A stretch of DNA of 32,000 bases, taken from the NCBI RefSeq assembly GCF_900187275.1, contig NZ_LT906458.1:720001-752000 (forward strand), written 5' to 3'. The position numbers and the translations under genes are program-made. Shown here in pieces: positions 1 through 9,970 of the stretch. Origin of the DNA: Pasteurella multocida. GTDB taxonomy: Bacteria; Pseudomonadota; Gammaproteobacteria; Enterobacterales; Pasteurellaceae. Position 1 is the first letter of the stretch, and every line of letters starts with the position of its first letter. The notes under the pieces are model-generated. The model did no database searches and was not told the DNA's origin. It saw only the letters and a list, made by a program, of their open reading frames with translations.

Positions 1-258
1 GCAGGCTTTGAAGTACTTTGGCAACAAGGTGCAGAAGATGATTTTGAAGATAGCTGGTTAGCACAACATACTGAGTTACGAGAAGATCGCTTACTCAGTT
101 ATTTAGACGCGGAAAAAGAAATGAAAGTCTTAAAATATCAATTAAAAGCGGTCAATATTGGCACTTTCCAGATTCCGCCAATTTATGCAGAAAGTATGTA
201 TGACCGTGCTATTAAAGCGTATTCCGCGAGTGAAGGACAAATTAAAGTCAGCAAATAA
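1..258 (+). CDS. C-terminal fragment of an alpha-2-macroglobulin-family lipoprotein (YfhM-like), truncated by the window start
   Basis: Frame 1 is open from base 1 to TAA at 256-258. It reads AGFEVLWQQGAEDDFEDSWLAQHTELREDRLLSYLDAEKEMKVLKYQLKAVNIGTFQIPPIYAESMYDRAIKAYSASEGQIKVSK, resembling the conserved C-terminus of bacterial alpha-2-macroglobulins. Confidence 0.6.
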   Translation, partial: AGFEVLWQQGAEDDFEDSWLAQHTELREDRLLSYLDAEKEMKVLKYQLKAVNIGTFQIPPIYAESMYDRAIKAYSASEGQIKVSK

Positions 259-273
259 TCCCGACTAACAAAT

Positions 274-305
274 ATGCCCACCAATTTGGTGGGCATTTTT
301 TTATC
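274..305. terminator. Rho-independent, possibly bidirectional terminator between convergent genes
   Basis: GCCCACC-AATT-TGGTGGGC stem followed by a T run; lies between the + strand fragment and - strand cysB. Confidence 0.75.
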
Positions 306-339
306 TGTTTTCAGCACTGAAAATAAAACGCATTCAGCA

Positions 340-1311
<972 letters not shown>

Positions 1312-1351
1312 TCAGTTATCCTCTCACAGCACTGGCTGTATAAGAAAAAAC

Positions 1352-2389
1352 TTATTTTTTATAACGTTTATTTAATTCAGCATAACGCTTCACAGCCTTA
1401 CGAATTTGACCTGTTTTCGCTCTACGGCGAGGTTTTGTCACGTCAAGTTTCGTTTCCACCTCTGCTGGTAACCCAACTAATTCCCTTAGATAATTCACAT
1501 TGGTTAAATCCATTTCTTCCCAACCGCCTCGAGGTAACGATTTCATTAAAGAAATATTGCCATATCGAGTACGAATTAATCTGCTCACTTGTACACCTTG
1601 GGACTCCCATAGACGACGAACTTCGCGATTACGTCCCTCCATTAAAGTCACGTCGAACCATTGGTTCATGCCCACACCACCAGCAAATTTAATCTCTTTA
1701 AAATTGGCAGGACCGTCTTCTAATTGAACACCTTTTTTTAAGCGATGTAGCATCGCTTCATCAACTTGCCCGAAAACACGTACAGAATATTCACGCTCTA
1801 CTTCTCGACTTGGATGCATTAAACGGTTCGCTAATTCGCCATCGGTCGTGAAAAGCAACAATCCAGAAGTATTAATATCCAAGCGTCCGACAGCAATCCA
1901 ACGAGAACCGGTTAAACGTGGTAAACGGTCAAATACGGTCGGTCTTCCTTCAGGATCATGGCGCGTACATAACTCCCCTTCAGGTTTGTAATACATCAGT
2001 ACACGACACACTTCTTTTTGTGCATGAAGTAAATTAATAAGATGTCCATCAATACGGATTTTCACGCCAGCGTGTACATCAATACGATCACCTAGAGTGG
2101 CGATCTTTCCATCAACGCTGACACGATTTTCGGCAATCATCGCTTCTATTTCACGACGTGAACCTTGACCGGCTCGCGCTAACACTTTCTGTAGTTTTTC
2201 CCCTTCAACTAAGGCGTTCTTAACTGTGGGTTTTACACTATGGGTACTGGCTTTCACCGATTTCGGTTGTGCTTCTGTCACCTTTTTCACATTTTTACTC
2301 GCCACAGCATTCGCGTTTGTAGAACGTCGCGATGTTTTTTGCTCAACGTGCGGTTTATTTTGACGAGAATTTGATTTGGTAAACTTCAT
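1352..2389 (-). CDS. rluB: 23S rRNA pseudouridine synthase RluB (S4 domain plus RsuA-family catalytic domain)
   Basis: 345 aa. S4 domain [23 protein letters not shown]; catalytic [27 protein letters not shown]; basic N- and C-terminal extensions. Confidence 0.92.
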   Translation of the reverse strand: MKFTKSNSRQNKPHVEQKTSRRSTNANAVASKNVKKVTEAQPKSVKASTHSVKPTVKNALVEGEKLQKVLARAGQGSRREIEAMIAENRVSVDGKIATLGDRIDVHAGVKIRIDGHLINLLHAQKEVCRVLMYYKPEGELCTRHDPEGRPTVFDRLPRLTGSRWIAVGRLDINTSGLLLFTTDGELANRLMHPSREVEREYSVRVFGQVDEAMLHRLKKGVQLEDGPANFKEIKFAGGVGMNQWFDVTLMEGRNREVRRLWESQGVQVSRLIRTRYGNISLMKSLPRGGWEEMDLTNVNYLRELVGLPAEVETKLDVTKPRRRAKTGQIRKAVKRYAELNKRYKK

Positions 2390-2437
2390 ATTTCCTCTAA
2401 TTTGTCGCTTTCACAAGCGTCTTTTTACGACATGATA

Positions 2438-3061
2438 TTAGACAAAAGGCGCGGTAGACCCACTCCCTTCGCGGATAATTATCGGGGTATCGTTTGTTAA
2501 ATCAACCACAGTTGTTGGTTCTGCGCCGAGATAACCACCATGAATAATCAAATCCACCTGTTTTTCTAAACGATCTCGAATCTCTTCAGGATCTGACTGG
2601 GTAACATTTTCCTCACCCGGTAACATCAAGGAACAAGATAAAATCGGCTCCCCTAAGGTGCTTAATAACGCTAATGCAATTTGATTGTCAGGTACACGAA
2701 TCCCAATAGTTTTACGTTTTGACGTCATTAAACGTCGTGGTAATTCTTTTGTTGCCGTTAAAATAAAAGTATAACGACCTGGCGTATTATTTTTAATCAA
2801 GCGGTACGCCATATTATTCACCAATGAATAGGTAGATAATTCTGATAAGTCACTGCAGACAAGTGTAAAATTATGCCCTTCAGGTAATTGGCGGATCTGT
2901 ACAATGCGATCCATCGCATGTTTATCACCGATCATACATCCCAGTGCATAACCAGAATCAGTCGGATAAACAATCACACCACCAGCACGCAAAATCTCCA
3001 CCGCTTGATTAATTAAACGTACTTGTGGATTTTCTGGATGAATATAAAAAAATTGACTCAT
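2438..3061 (-). CDS. yciO: Sua5/YciO/YrdC family protein (YciO-type)
   Basis: 207 aa. MSQFFYIHPENPQVRLINQAVEILRAGGVIVYPTDSGYALGC; KRKTIGIRVPDN; adjacent to rluB as in other gammaproteobacteria. Confidence 0.88.
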   Translation of the reverse strand: MSQFFYIHPENPQVRLINQAVEILRAGGVIVYPTDSGYALGCMIGDKHAMDRIVQIRQLPEGHNFTLVCSDLSELSTYSLVNNMAYRLIKNNTPGRYTFILTATKELPRRLMTSKRKTIGIRVPDNQIALALLSTLGEPILSCSLMLPGEENVTQSDPEEIRDRLEKQVDLIIHGGYLGAEPTTVVDLTNDTPIIIREGSGSTAPFV

Positions 3062-3301
3062 AATCTCAATATCCTTATGAATATATGGGCGGTATTATAC
3101 ACACTGTTAGGTCAATCCTATAACGATTTGAACGGAAAAAACGAAAAAATCCAACACGGACTTGATATCAAAAGACAACTGATTGGCGCCCCACATCGTT
3201 GTAGTTTTTAGTATTAAATAACCGAAAAAGCCACCAAGCAAATTGCCTGCTTAACAGATAAAAAAACCTCTCCTCATAAAATGAGTGTTCTAACTAAAGA
3301 T

Positions 3302-3340
3302 AAAAAACCCACGTTGGAAAAAAGACTAGCGTGGGTTTTT
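3302..3340 (-). terminator. Terminator downstream of the sialidase gene
   Basis: ACCCACG ... CGTGGGT stem with flanking A and T runs (aaaaaaCCCACG...CGTGGGttttt). Confidence 0.55.
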
Positions 3341-3376
3341 ATCTAATAAGTGAGAAGTATTTATCTCATCATCAAA

Positions 3377-5773
3377 TTACCAGTGATAACTTAAATTTAC
3401 GCCTAAACTCACTTCTGATGCTTGTGAGCCATATTTTTGTAGCTTCATTTTTGAACCTAGCGCAAGATGAGGCGTGAATTGTTTCTCAACCCCCACATTT
3501 AAAGCATAAACCATGTTAGTGGATTTTATTTTATATTGGTTATCCTGATAATTTGCTTGTGATAAAGTGAAACCATCTTTGATAAAAGCAATATTCGGTC
3601 GAATACTCACACTGATATCCGCTAAACGATAACGAATGTCAAGCCCTACATCACCTGCCATCACAAGACGTTTATTCACTGCGACATCTTCATCCAACAA
3701 CGTACGTGAAGAGAGCGATGTATAAGCACCAACAAATGGACTTAATGTCAAATGCGAATCAATATTCACGTTTTTCGCATAATTGATGTACAGATCAACA
3801 TTATGGTTCCGATCAATCACGTCATCATGTTTAACAGTTCGATAACGTAAAAAGGCCGCTAACACATTATCCTCTTTTGTGTATTGCGCCCTTACCCCAA
3901 AGGCATCGACTTTTTGTTTTTTATTTTCATGCTCATAAAACACTCCCGCTTGTGTTTGGTCAGTTAACCTTGTATTTAATCCAAGCGCAATTGTCGGACG
4001 GTGTTGGCTGTTTTTAATCACTGAATCGTACTCAACAAACACCTTATTATAGGTACTATAAAGAATATCCGTGTCATAGCTATTGAGCTTTTCACCTTGT
4101 TTTATGTACTTAGAAAAATCTAATGGCGTATTGAGCGCAAGAAAAGACCCATTTAACATAGCCATTAAGCCTTGTATACCAAGATAATTAAGGTAGGTTT
4201 CATTGGTCAGTTGTGTTAAATCACGTACTTCTCCAAGATCTCGCTTAAACTGTTTCATTTTAGAGGGCAGTGCTTTTCTCATCGCCACCGATTTTTGCTC
4301 AAGTGATGTTGCTTCGTCTTTTAATTCATGCATTTCTCGATTTAAGACGTTCGATTCAGCCACCGCATTATCATTCGCTCGGCGCATTTTGGCGCTTAGT
4401 GTCTCTTTTTGTCCTTTATTTAAATGTTCTAACGAATTGATTTTCTCCACTTCTGTCGCAATTTCATCGGTTAAACCCCATTCTGTGGCTTTTTCTTCAA
4501 TCGCTTGCATATGTTCGCTAAGATTTTTAACGGTAATATCACCATCGTCTTCAAAGGCAATAAATAAATTACCTTCTTTATAGGCTAAAGAAGAATACCC
4601 CGCACCCGCTCTGTTGCCTGAATCTGGTCTAATGATTGCTACTTGATGTTTATGGCTAGGGTCTTTTGCATCTAACATCCAAAGTGCCAAATTTCCTCTT
4701 GCATAGCCATCATTGCCATTACCATTTGGTTTTGACACTAATAAAACACGCTTTCCACTCGGTAAGGTCACATAAATCGATGAACCTTGTGAAGGAGCTG
4801 CTGTAGTCGCACTAAAGCCATTAACTGGTTCATAAACATGCCAAGTTTTTCCTAAATCTTCAGTGTAATACGCCCACCTTGTTTTTTGTCTATTATCTTC
4901 TCGCCCTGTCATCACTAACTTATTGTCAATTTCGAATACCATATTTTCTAAAGAACTTTGATTCGGTGCTAACGCATTATTAATTGCCGGCATGTCCCAG
5001 GTTTTTCCATTATCTTTCGAATACATAATTGTCGTGGCAATACCTTCACGATGTGCTGTTTGGATTGGGAAAACTAATGTACCGTCTTTCATCACAATTC
5101 CCGTTCCCACACCGCCTAAAAATCCAATTGTGGGATTACCTACCCCTTTTTGTACTTTCATAAAAACATCGCGATTCACAGTATTGCTGAATTCAGTATT
5201 TTTTTGCCAACTTAATCCACCATCAGTGGATTTATAAATTGTTGCCGCCCAAATATTCTGATTAAAATAGCTTAGTCTGTCTCGATACCAGTTTTGTGTT
5301 CCTGCCGCCCAAGTGCCGTGCATCACATATAAACTGCCATCAATGCTGTTGTACAATAATGTCGGGTCCATCGCACGACGCAAAGAAATTTTTGAATCAT
5401 TAAAATTCCAAGCGGTAATTCTTTTCCAACTATGCCCCCCATCTTCTGAAATCGCGGCGCCAGGATCGATACGATTTTGGTCACTTGCTGTCTTCCACCG
5501 TAAATCAAACATCACAACCATTTTATTATCATCTGTAATCGTCATAGCTGGAATACGGCTATAAGGTAGTGTAACTGTTCCACCCGCTTCGCCATTCGGT
5601 CCTATCCCTGGCCAAGGTTGACCTTCTTTATTTACAGTAAAACCATCAACGCCTACCCTTTTCGTCACATTAGTTAAATTTTCATGCAAATCAGCTTTCC
5701 AAAAGCTGTTACCATGTACTGCCATTGAAGTAGAGAGTGCGAGTAAAGACAACAAGAACACCGGCTTTTTCAT
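3377..5773 (-). CDS. nanH: Autotransporter exo-alpha-sialidase (NanH-like)
   Basis: Start taken at MKKPVFLLSLLALSTSMAVHG (ATG 5773-5771, preceded by AGGAG) rather than the longer ORF start at 5875. Y-RIP motif (YSRIPAMTI) and four Asp boxes (SEDGGHSW, STDGGLSW, SKDNGKTW, TEDLGKTW). Beta-barrel-like C-terminus ending SLGVNLSYHW. Confidence 0.9.
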   Translation of the reverse strand: MKKPVFLLSLLALSTSMAVHGNSFWKADLHENLTNVTKRVGVDGFTVNKEGQPWPGIGPNGEAGGTVTLPYSRIPAMTITDDNKMVVMFDLRWKTASDQNRIDPGAAISEDGGHSWKRITAWNFNDSKISLRRAMDPTLLYNSIDGSLYVMHGTWAAGTQNWYRDRLSYFNQNIWAATIYKSTDGGLSWQKNTEFSNTVNRDVFMKVQKGVGNPTIGFLGGVGTGIVMKDGTLVFPIQTAHREGIATTIMYSKDNGKTWDMPAINNALAPNQSSLENMVFEIDNKLVMTGREDNRQKTRWAYYTEDLGKTWHVYEPVNGFSATTAAPSQGSSIYVTLPSGKRVLLVSKPNGNGNDGYARGNLALWMLDAKDPSHKHQVAIIRPDSGNRAGAGYSSLAYKEGNLFIAFEDDGDITVKNLSEHMQAIEEKATEWGLTDEIATEVEKINSLEHLNKGQKETLSAKMRRANDNAVAESNVLNREMHELKDEATSLEQKSVAMRKALPSKMKQFKRDLGEVRDLTQLTNETYLNYLGIQGLMAMLNGSFLALNTPLDFSKYIKQGEKLNSYDTDILYSTYNKVFVEYDSVIKNSQHRPTIALGLNTRLTDQTQAGVFYEHENKKQKVDAFGVRAQYTKEDNVLAAFLRYRTVKHDDVIDRNHNVDLYINYAKNVNIDSHLTLSPFVGAYTSLSSRTLLDEDVAVNKRLVMAGDVGLDIRYRLADISVSIRPNIAFIKDGFTLSQANYQDNQYKIKSTNMVYALNVGVEKQFTPHLALGSKMKLQKYGSQASEVSLGVNLSYHW

Positions 5774-5994
5774 TTTATTCTCCTTAGGATTATTTTCGTA
5801 TAGGGGTAAAAAATTGATTAATTTCAAGTCTATAAACATCGAATAAAAAAACAACCCCCTCAAAAATTCCCCCATAAACCCTATATTAGAAATGAGTCAA
5901 GCAAAAAATGGAGCAAGATCATCATCTTAATAAGAAAAACGGAGTTAATTTGTAGAAAAATAGCCAATTTGTGTCCTAAACTTTTTTTCTTAAT

Positions 5995-6010
5995 TGTGAA
6001 GCAGATCAAA
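5995..6010. promoter_or_regulatory. Candidate CRP-like site upstream of the sialidase gene
   Basis: TGTGA-AGCAGA-TCAAA; consensus TGTGA-N6-TCACA. About 220 bp upstream of the sialidase start. Confidence 0.35.
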
Positions 6011-6075
6011 TTTCATCCACGTTACGCCAAATAAAAACCGTCTTAAACATTTGTTTTTTATAAATAAAAAACATA

Positions 6076-6102
6076 AAAAAAGACGGGCTTCCCCGTCTTC
6101 TT
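6076..6102 (-). terminator. Terminator downstream of tyrA
   Basis: On the - strand: AAGACGGG-GAAG-CCCGTCTTTTTTT. Confidence 0.85.
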
Positions 6103-6114
6103 GTGCTTATGACA

Positions 6115-7239
6115 TTAAATTTGTCGATAATCATTTGCTTGTTGGAGCAACTGGCGACTTTCTTTCAGAAACTGCTCCGAGTATTCACCAAACCATTGTT
6201 TAACTTGCTCAAAGCTGTCAATGAATGCTTGCTTGTCGCCATGGGTAAAAAATGCCAAACTTTCTTCATAACTTTGCTTTAAACTCTCAATGACCGCGAG
6301 ATTTTCAGGCTTATCTAAAATAATATCGGCATAAAGTTCTGCATCTTGTGCAAATAAACGCCCAATCATCGCCAATTCTAAGCGATAAATTGGCGAAGAA
6401 AGTGCCAATAAATTCGCTAATTGAACCGGTTGTTTTGATAAATGTAAGCCATTAGCAAAAGTGGAAAAGTGTCGCAACGCTTGTACATACGTCATACTAT
6501 GATCGTGTTCAGTCGCCTCAACTTGGTAAAATTTTGCCCCCCAAATTTGTATTTGAGTGATCAGCCATTGATAACGTGATTCAAAACGACCATCACAGCG
6601 TACAATCACTTGTTTTGCCATGCTGGCGATATCCGGACCAAACATTGGATGTAAACCTAATACCGCGCCAGCGTGTACGTCTAACATCGCTTGTAATGGT
6701 GCACGCTTAACTGAAGTTAAATCCACCAACAGCATATTATCTGTCAAATAAGGCTTCAAACGTTTAATTGTTTCGACGGTTTTGGCGATCGGTACCGAAA
6801 CAACAATCACATCTGTTTCGTTCAAAATCTTGTCCGCACTTTGCCAATCCTGTTGCTCTAAAATCTCAACATAGTAACCAGACAATGTGAAATAACGTGC
6901 AAACAAGCTACCAAGTTTCCCTCCCCCACCTACGATCACGATTTTTTTGATCGCCGGATTCACGGTTTTAAAACCAAATTGGTTTTCCCGCGCATAAGAT
7001 TCTCGCATGATACGACGTAATACATCTTCAATTAAATCAGCAGATACCCCTAACGTTTCAGCTTCCGCACGGCGGGCGTTGAGCATCTCCGCTTCACGTT
7101 CTGGCACATAAATCGGCAGACCTTGTTGATGCTTGACTTCACCGACTTGTTTCACTAACTCAAGTCGCTGTGCTAAAAGCTGTAATAACTGACGATCAAC
7201 TTGATCAATCTGTGTTCTTAACTTATTTAACGTATCCAC
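6115..7239 (-). CDS. tyrA: Bifunctional chorismate mutase / prephenate dehydrogenase
   Basis: 374 aa. N-terminal chorismate mutase ([29 protein letters not shown]); Rossmann motif [18 protein letters not shown]; LHPMFGPD. Confidence 0.95.
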   Translation of the reverse strand: MDTLNKLRTQIDQVDRQLLQLLAQRLELVKQVGEVKHQQGLPIYVPEREAEMLNARRAEAETLGVSADLIEDVLRRIMRESYARENQFGFKTVNPAIKKIVIVGGGGKLGSLFARYFTLSGYYVEILEQQDWQSADKILNETDVIVVSVPIAKTVETIKRLKPYLTDNMLLVDLTSVKRAPLQAMLDVHAGAVLGLHPMFGPDIASMAKQVIVRCDGRFESRYQWLITQIQIWGAKFYQVEATEHDHSMTYVQALRHFSTFANGLHLSKQPVQLANLLALSSPIYRLELAMIGRLFAQDAELYADIILDKPENLAVIESLKQSYEESLAFFTHGDKQAFIDSFEQVKQWFGEYSEQFLKESRQLLQQANDYRQI

Positions 7240-7248
7240 GTTGCATCC

Positions 7249-8301
7249 TTATTTTTGGCGCAATGCGCTCGTCATTTCACGCAATAATTGTTCTGTCGTC
7301 TGCCAATCAATACAGGCATCCGTAATCGAAACTCCATATTGCATTTCACTCAATGGCTGATCAGCACTTTGATTACCTGCGTATAAATGACTTTCTAACA
7401 TCAACCCGATAATAGAGCGATTTCCCTTCACAATTTGCTGTACGGCATTTTTTGCCACTTTCGGCTGCAAACGGTAATCTTTATTCGAGTTACCATGGCT
7501 ACAATCGATCATAATTGCTTGCGTCAAACCTGCTTTTTGCAATTCTTGTTCACAAAGTGCGATATGTTCAGCTTCATAATTTGGTGATTTTCCGCCACGC
7601 AAAATCACATGCCCATTGGGGTTGCCCGCTGTATGTAATAGATTGACTTGACCTTGTTGATTAATCCCAATAAAACTGTGTCCAACTGACGCTGCTTTCA
7701 TTGCATTAATTGCGGTGGCTAAACTGCCATCCGTACCATTTTTAAATCCCACTGCCATGGATAACCCTGATGACATTTCTCTGTGCGTTTGTGATTCTGT
7801 CGTTCTCGCACCAATCGCAGACCAACTAAATAGATCAGCAATATATTGCGGCATAATGGGATCAAGTGCTTCGGTTGCCAAAGGGAGTCCCATTTCAGCT
7901 AGCTCTAGCAGTAATGCTCGTGCAATATGTAAGCCATGTTCCACATCAAATGAACCATCCAATTTCGGATCATTAATCAATCCTTTCCAGCCAACAGTTG
8001 TTCTTGGTTTTTCAAAATACACTCGCATCACAATATACAATTGATCTTGTAATTCTTCTGCTAAGTGTTTTAAACGTGAAGCGTATTCTAAAGCCGCGAT
8101 CGGATCATGAATAGAACATGGTCCAATCACAACCAATAAACGCTGATCTTTTTTATGGATGATATTCGCAATATCACGGCGTGATTGCGCTATTTGGCTA
8201 CGAAGAGGAAGGGATAAAGGGAGTTTTTCCTTCAATTCTTTTGGGGTAATCAGTACCTTTTCACCAACAATATTGACATTATGTATGTTATCTTTATTCA
8301 C
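7249..8301 (-). CDS. aroF: 3-deoxy-7-phosphoheptulonate synthase, class I, AroF-like (tyrosine-sensitive type predicted)
   Basis: 350 aa. GPCSIHDP, MRVYFEKPRTTVGWKGLINDP. N-terminus MNKDNIHNVNIVGEKVLITPKEL and CSHGNSNKDYRLQP resemble AroF more than AroG. 9 bp upstream of tyrA on the same strand. Confidence 0.88.
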   Translation of the reverse strand: MNKDNIHNVNIVGEKVLITPKELKEKLPLSLPLRSQIAQSRRDIANIIHKKDQRLLVVIGPCSIHDPIAALEYASRLKHLAEELQDQLYIVMRVYFEKPRTTVGWKGLINDPKLDGSFDVEHGLHIARALLLELAEMGLPLATEALDPIMPQYIADLFSWSAIGARTTESQTHREMSSGLSMAVGFKNGTDGSLATAINAMKAASVGHSFIGINQQGQVNLLHTAGNPNGHVILRGGKSPNYEAEHIALCEQELQKAGLTQAIMIDCSHGNSNKDYRLQPKVAKNAVQQIVKGNRSIIGLMLESHLYAGNQSADQPLSEMQYGVSITDACIDWQTTEQLLREMTSALRQK

Positions 8302-8346
8302 TTTTTATTCCTTAGTACATCATTATTTTTGAACATATTAAATCAT

Positions 8347-8364
8347 GTAAACATTTATATACAC
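8347..8364. promoter_or_regulatory. Candidate TyrR box (proximal)
   Basis: TGTAAA-CATTTA-TATACA versus consensus TGTAAA-N6-TTTACA. Confidence 0.6.
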
Positions 8365-8369
8365 TAAAT

Positions 8370-8387
8370 GTAATAAATAATTTACAT
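8370..8387. promoter_or_regulatory. Candidate TyrR box (distal)
   Basis: TGTAAT-AAATAA-TTTACA, one mismatch to TGTAAA-N6-TTTACA, exactly 23 bp from the neighbouring box. Confidence 0.6.
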
Positions 8388-8685
8388 TAAATTTTCAAGA
8401 GATTCAATCACTAAAAGAGCGACTTGATAAAATAATGTTATTTTATAGGTTCCTTTTAATTGTTAATAGGTTGATAAAAAACAATTGATAATCCCTTTCA
8501 GTTACAATCTCTAAATGAGAATAGTTTTTGTTGGATTTTTCTTTAAAATTAATTAGTTACAACAAATAACAACTAAAAATCGCTTGCTTATTCTCAATAA
8601 CGTCTATACAATGCCCACATCAAATAGATTAAATAACAATCTATTATTCATTATTTTTTAACATATCAACGGAAAGGGGTCAGTT

Positions 8686-9171
8686 ATGCTAAGTCAAGCA
8701 ATTGCTGAGAAGCTAAATGAACAAATTAATCTGGAATTTTATTCATCAAATGTCTATTTACAAATGAGCGCATGGTGTGCACATCACGGTTACGAAGGTG
8801 CAGCTGCCTTTCTTTTACGCCATGCTGATGAAGAAATGGAACACATGCAAAAATTATTTAATTACGTCAGTGAAACCAGTGGCATGCCTTTACTTGGCAA
8901 AATTGAAGCCCCGAAAAATGATTACAAAACATTAAAAGAAATTTTTGAAATCACACTTGAACATGAAAAATTCGTCACATCTAAAATCAATGAATTGGTT
9001 GAAGTGACTTTCGCGCATAAAGATTATTCAACATTCAATTTTTTACAATGGTATGTCGCGGAACAACATGAAGAAGAAATGCTGTTTAATAGCATTATTG
9101 ACAAATTCAACTTATTAGGTGAAGACGGTCGTTCGCTTTATTTTATCGATCGCGATCTCGCCACACTATAA
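8686..9171 (+). CDS. ftnA: Non-heme ferritin, first of a tandem pair
   Basis: 161 aa. [31 protein letters not shown]; ferroxidase-type E...EExxH...E...Q residues ([20 protein letters not shown]). Confidence 0.93.
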   Translation: MLSQAIAEKLNEQINLEFYSSNVYLQMSAWCAHHGYEGAAAFLLRHADEEMEHMQKLFNYVSETSGMPLLGKIEAPKNDYKTLKEIFEITLEHEKFVTSKINELVEVTFAHKDYSTFNFLQWYVAEQHEEEMLFNSIIDKFNLLGEDGRSLYFIDRDLATL

Positions 9172-9186
9172 TTTAGGAGAAGAACG

Positions 9187-9684
9187 ATGTTATCACAAAA
9201 TGTTATCAATTTACTCAACGAACAAATGAATTTGGAGTTCTATTCTTCTAATTTATATTTACAAATGAGCGCGTGGTGCGAACAAAACGGCTTTGACGGT
9301 ACCGCCAAATTCCTCGCTGCACATGCGGCTGAAGAAATGCAACATATGCGTAAATTATTTACCTATTTAAATGAAACTGGCGCACTCGCTATTATTGGTG
9401 AAATCGCCGCGCCTGCACATCAGTATGGGTCATTAAAAGAGGTGTTAGAGATCACTTATCAACATGAAAAATTGATTACAGCAAAAATCAATGAATTAGT
9501 GGGGAAAACCTTTGAAGAAAAAGATTATTCTGCTTTTAACTTCTTACAATGGTATGTCGCAGAGCAACATGAAGAAGAGAAACTATTTAGTGGGATTTTA
9601 GATAAACTGAATTTACTCGGTGAAGATGGTAAAGGCTTATTCTTGATTGATAAAGATTTAGGAAATTTAGCTAACAGTAAATAA
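9187..9684 (+). CDS. ftnB: Non-heme ferritin, second of a tandem pair
   Basis: 165 aa, strongly similar to the preceding ORF; 15 bp gap, with AGGAG ahead of the ATG. Confidence 0.92.
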   Translation: MLSQNVINLLNEQMNLEFYSSNLYLQMSAWCEQNGFDGTAKFLAAHAAEEMQHMRKLFTYLNETGALAIIGEIAAPAHQYGSLKEVLEITYQHEKLITAKINELVGKTFEEKDYSAFNFLQWYVAEQHEEEKLFSGILDKLNLLGEDGKGLFLIDKDLGNLANSK

Positions 9685-9698
9685 TCACAACATACTGC

Positions 9699-9727
9699 AA
9701 AGGCACGTTTTGAAACGTGCCTTTTTT
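9699..9727 (+). terminator. Terminator downstream of the ferritin operon
   Basis: AAGGCACGTTT-TGA-AAACGTGCCTTTTTT. Confidence 0.9.
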
Positions 9728-9749
9728 ATTCAAAATAGACCGAAAAAAC

Positions 9750-9758
9750 ACCGCACTT
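9750..9758 (-). repeat. DNA uptake signal AAGTGCGGT
   Basis: Exact 9-mer (ACCGCACTT on +), immediately 3' of the 33-aa small ORF. Confidence 0.85.
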
Positions 9759-9860
9759 TTAGCCATGGGTATAAGTACGATAAAAAAATAAAAAGACCAA
9801 AATCCCGAGCATAATCAGGATTTGAATAAGTCGCTTTTTCGTTAACTTTTCTGCCGCCAT
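9759..9860 (-). CDS. Putative 33-aa single-pass membrane protein, absent from the supplied ORF track
   Basis: ATG at 9860-9858, TAA at 9761-9759: MAAEKLTKKRLIQILIMLGILVFLFFYRTYTHG. Basic N-terminus then a hydrophobic helix; weak purine-rich SD (AGAGAGA). Confidence 0.5.
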   Translation of the reverse strand: MAAEKLTKKRLIQILIMLGILVFLFFYRTYTHG

Positions 9861-9917
9861 TTTTCTCTCTCTTGCTTATATTTAACACTTCTTAATTGTA
9901 ACATTTAATGATATTAT

Positions 9918-9931
9918 TTGAGATAGATCAA
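9918..9931. promoter_or_regulatory. Candidate FNR box (autoregulation)
   Basis: TTGAG-ATAG-ATCAA, one mismatch to TTGAT-N4-ATCAA, 40 bp upstream of the likely fnr start. Confidence 0.6.
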
Positions 9932-9970
9932 TTTTACATTATTTTTGTTGTATTAATTAAGGTTTTATTT

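Noticed and set aside
3023-3211. + strand 62-aa ORF
   Set aside because: Overlaps the start of yciO in antisense, with no SD or domain support.
4203-5564. Three + strand ORFs (4203-4583, 4992-5237, 5313-5564) inside the sialidase gene
   Set aside because: Antisense shadows of the strongly coding - strand gene, with no recognisable domains or start signals.
7715-8044. + strand 109-aa ORF
   Set aside because: Antisense to the conserved DAHP synthase gene.
7249-8301. Annotation as AroG (Phe-sensitive)
   Set aside because: The N-terminus, the LATEALDP segment and CSHGNSNKDYRLQP resemble AroF, and operon linkage to tyrA also fits AroF.
8600-8670. Possible Fur box upstream of ftnA (ATAACAATCTATTATTCATTATTT)
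   Set aside because: Only loose similarity to GATAATGATAATCATTATC in an AT-rich region. I cannot separate it from background without a scoring matrix.
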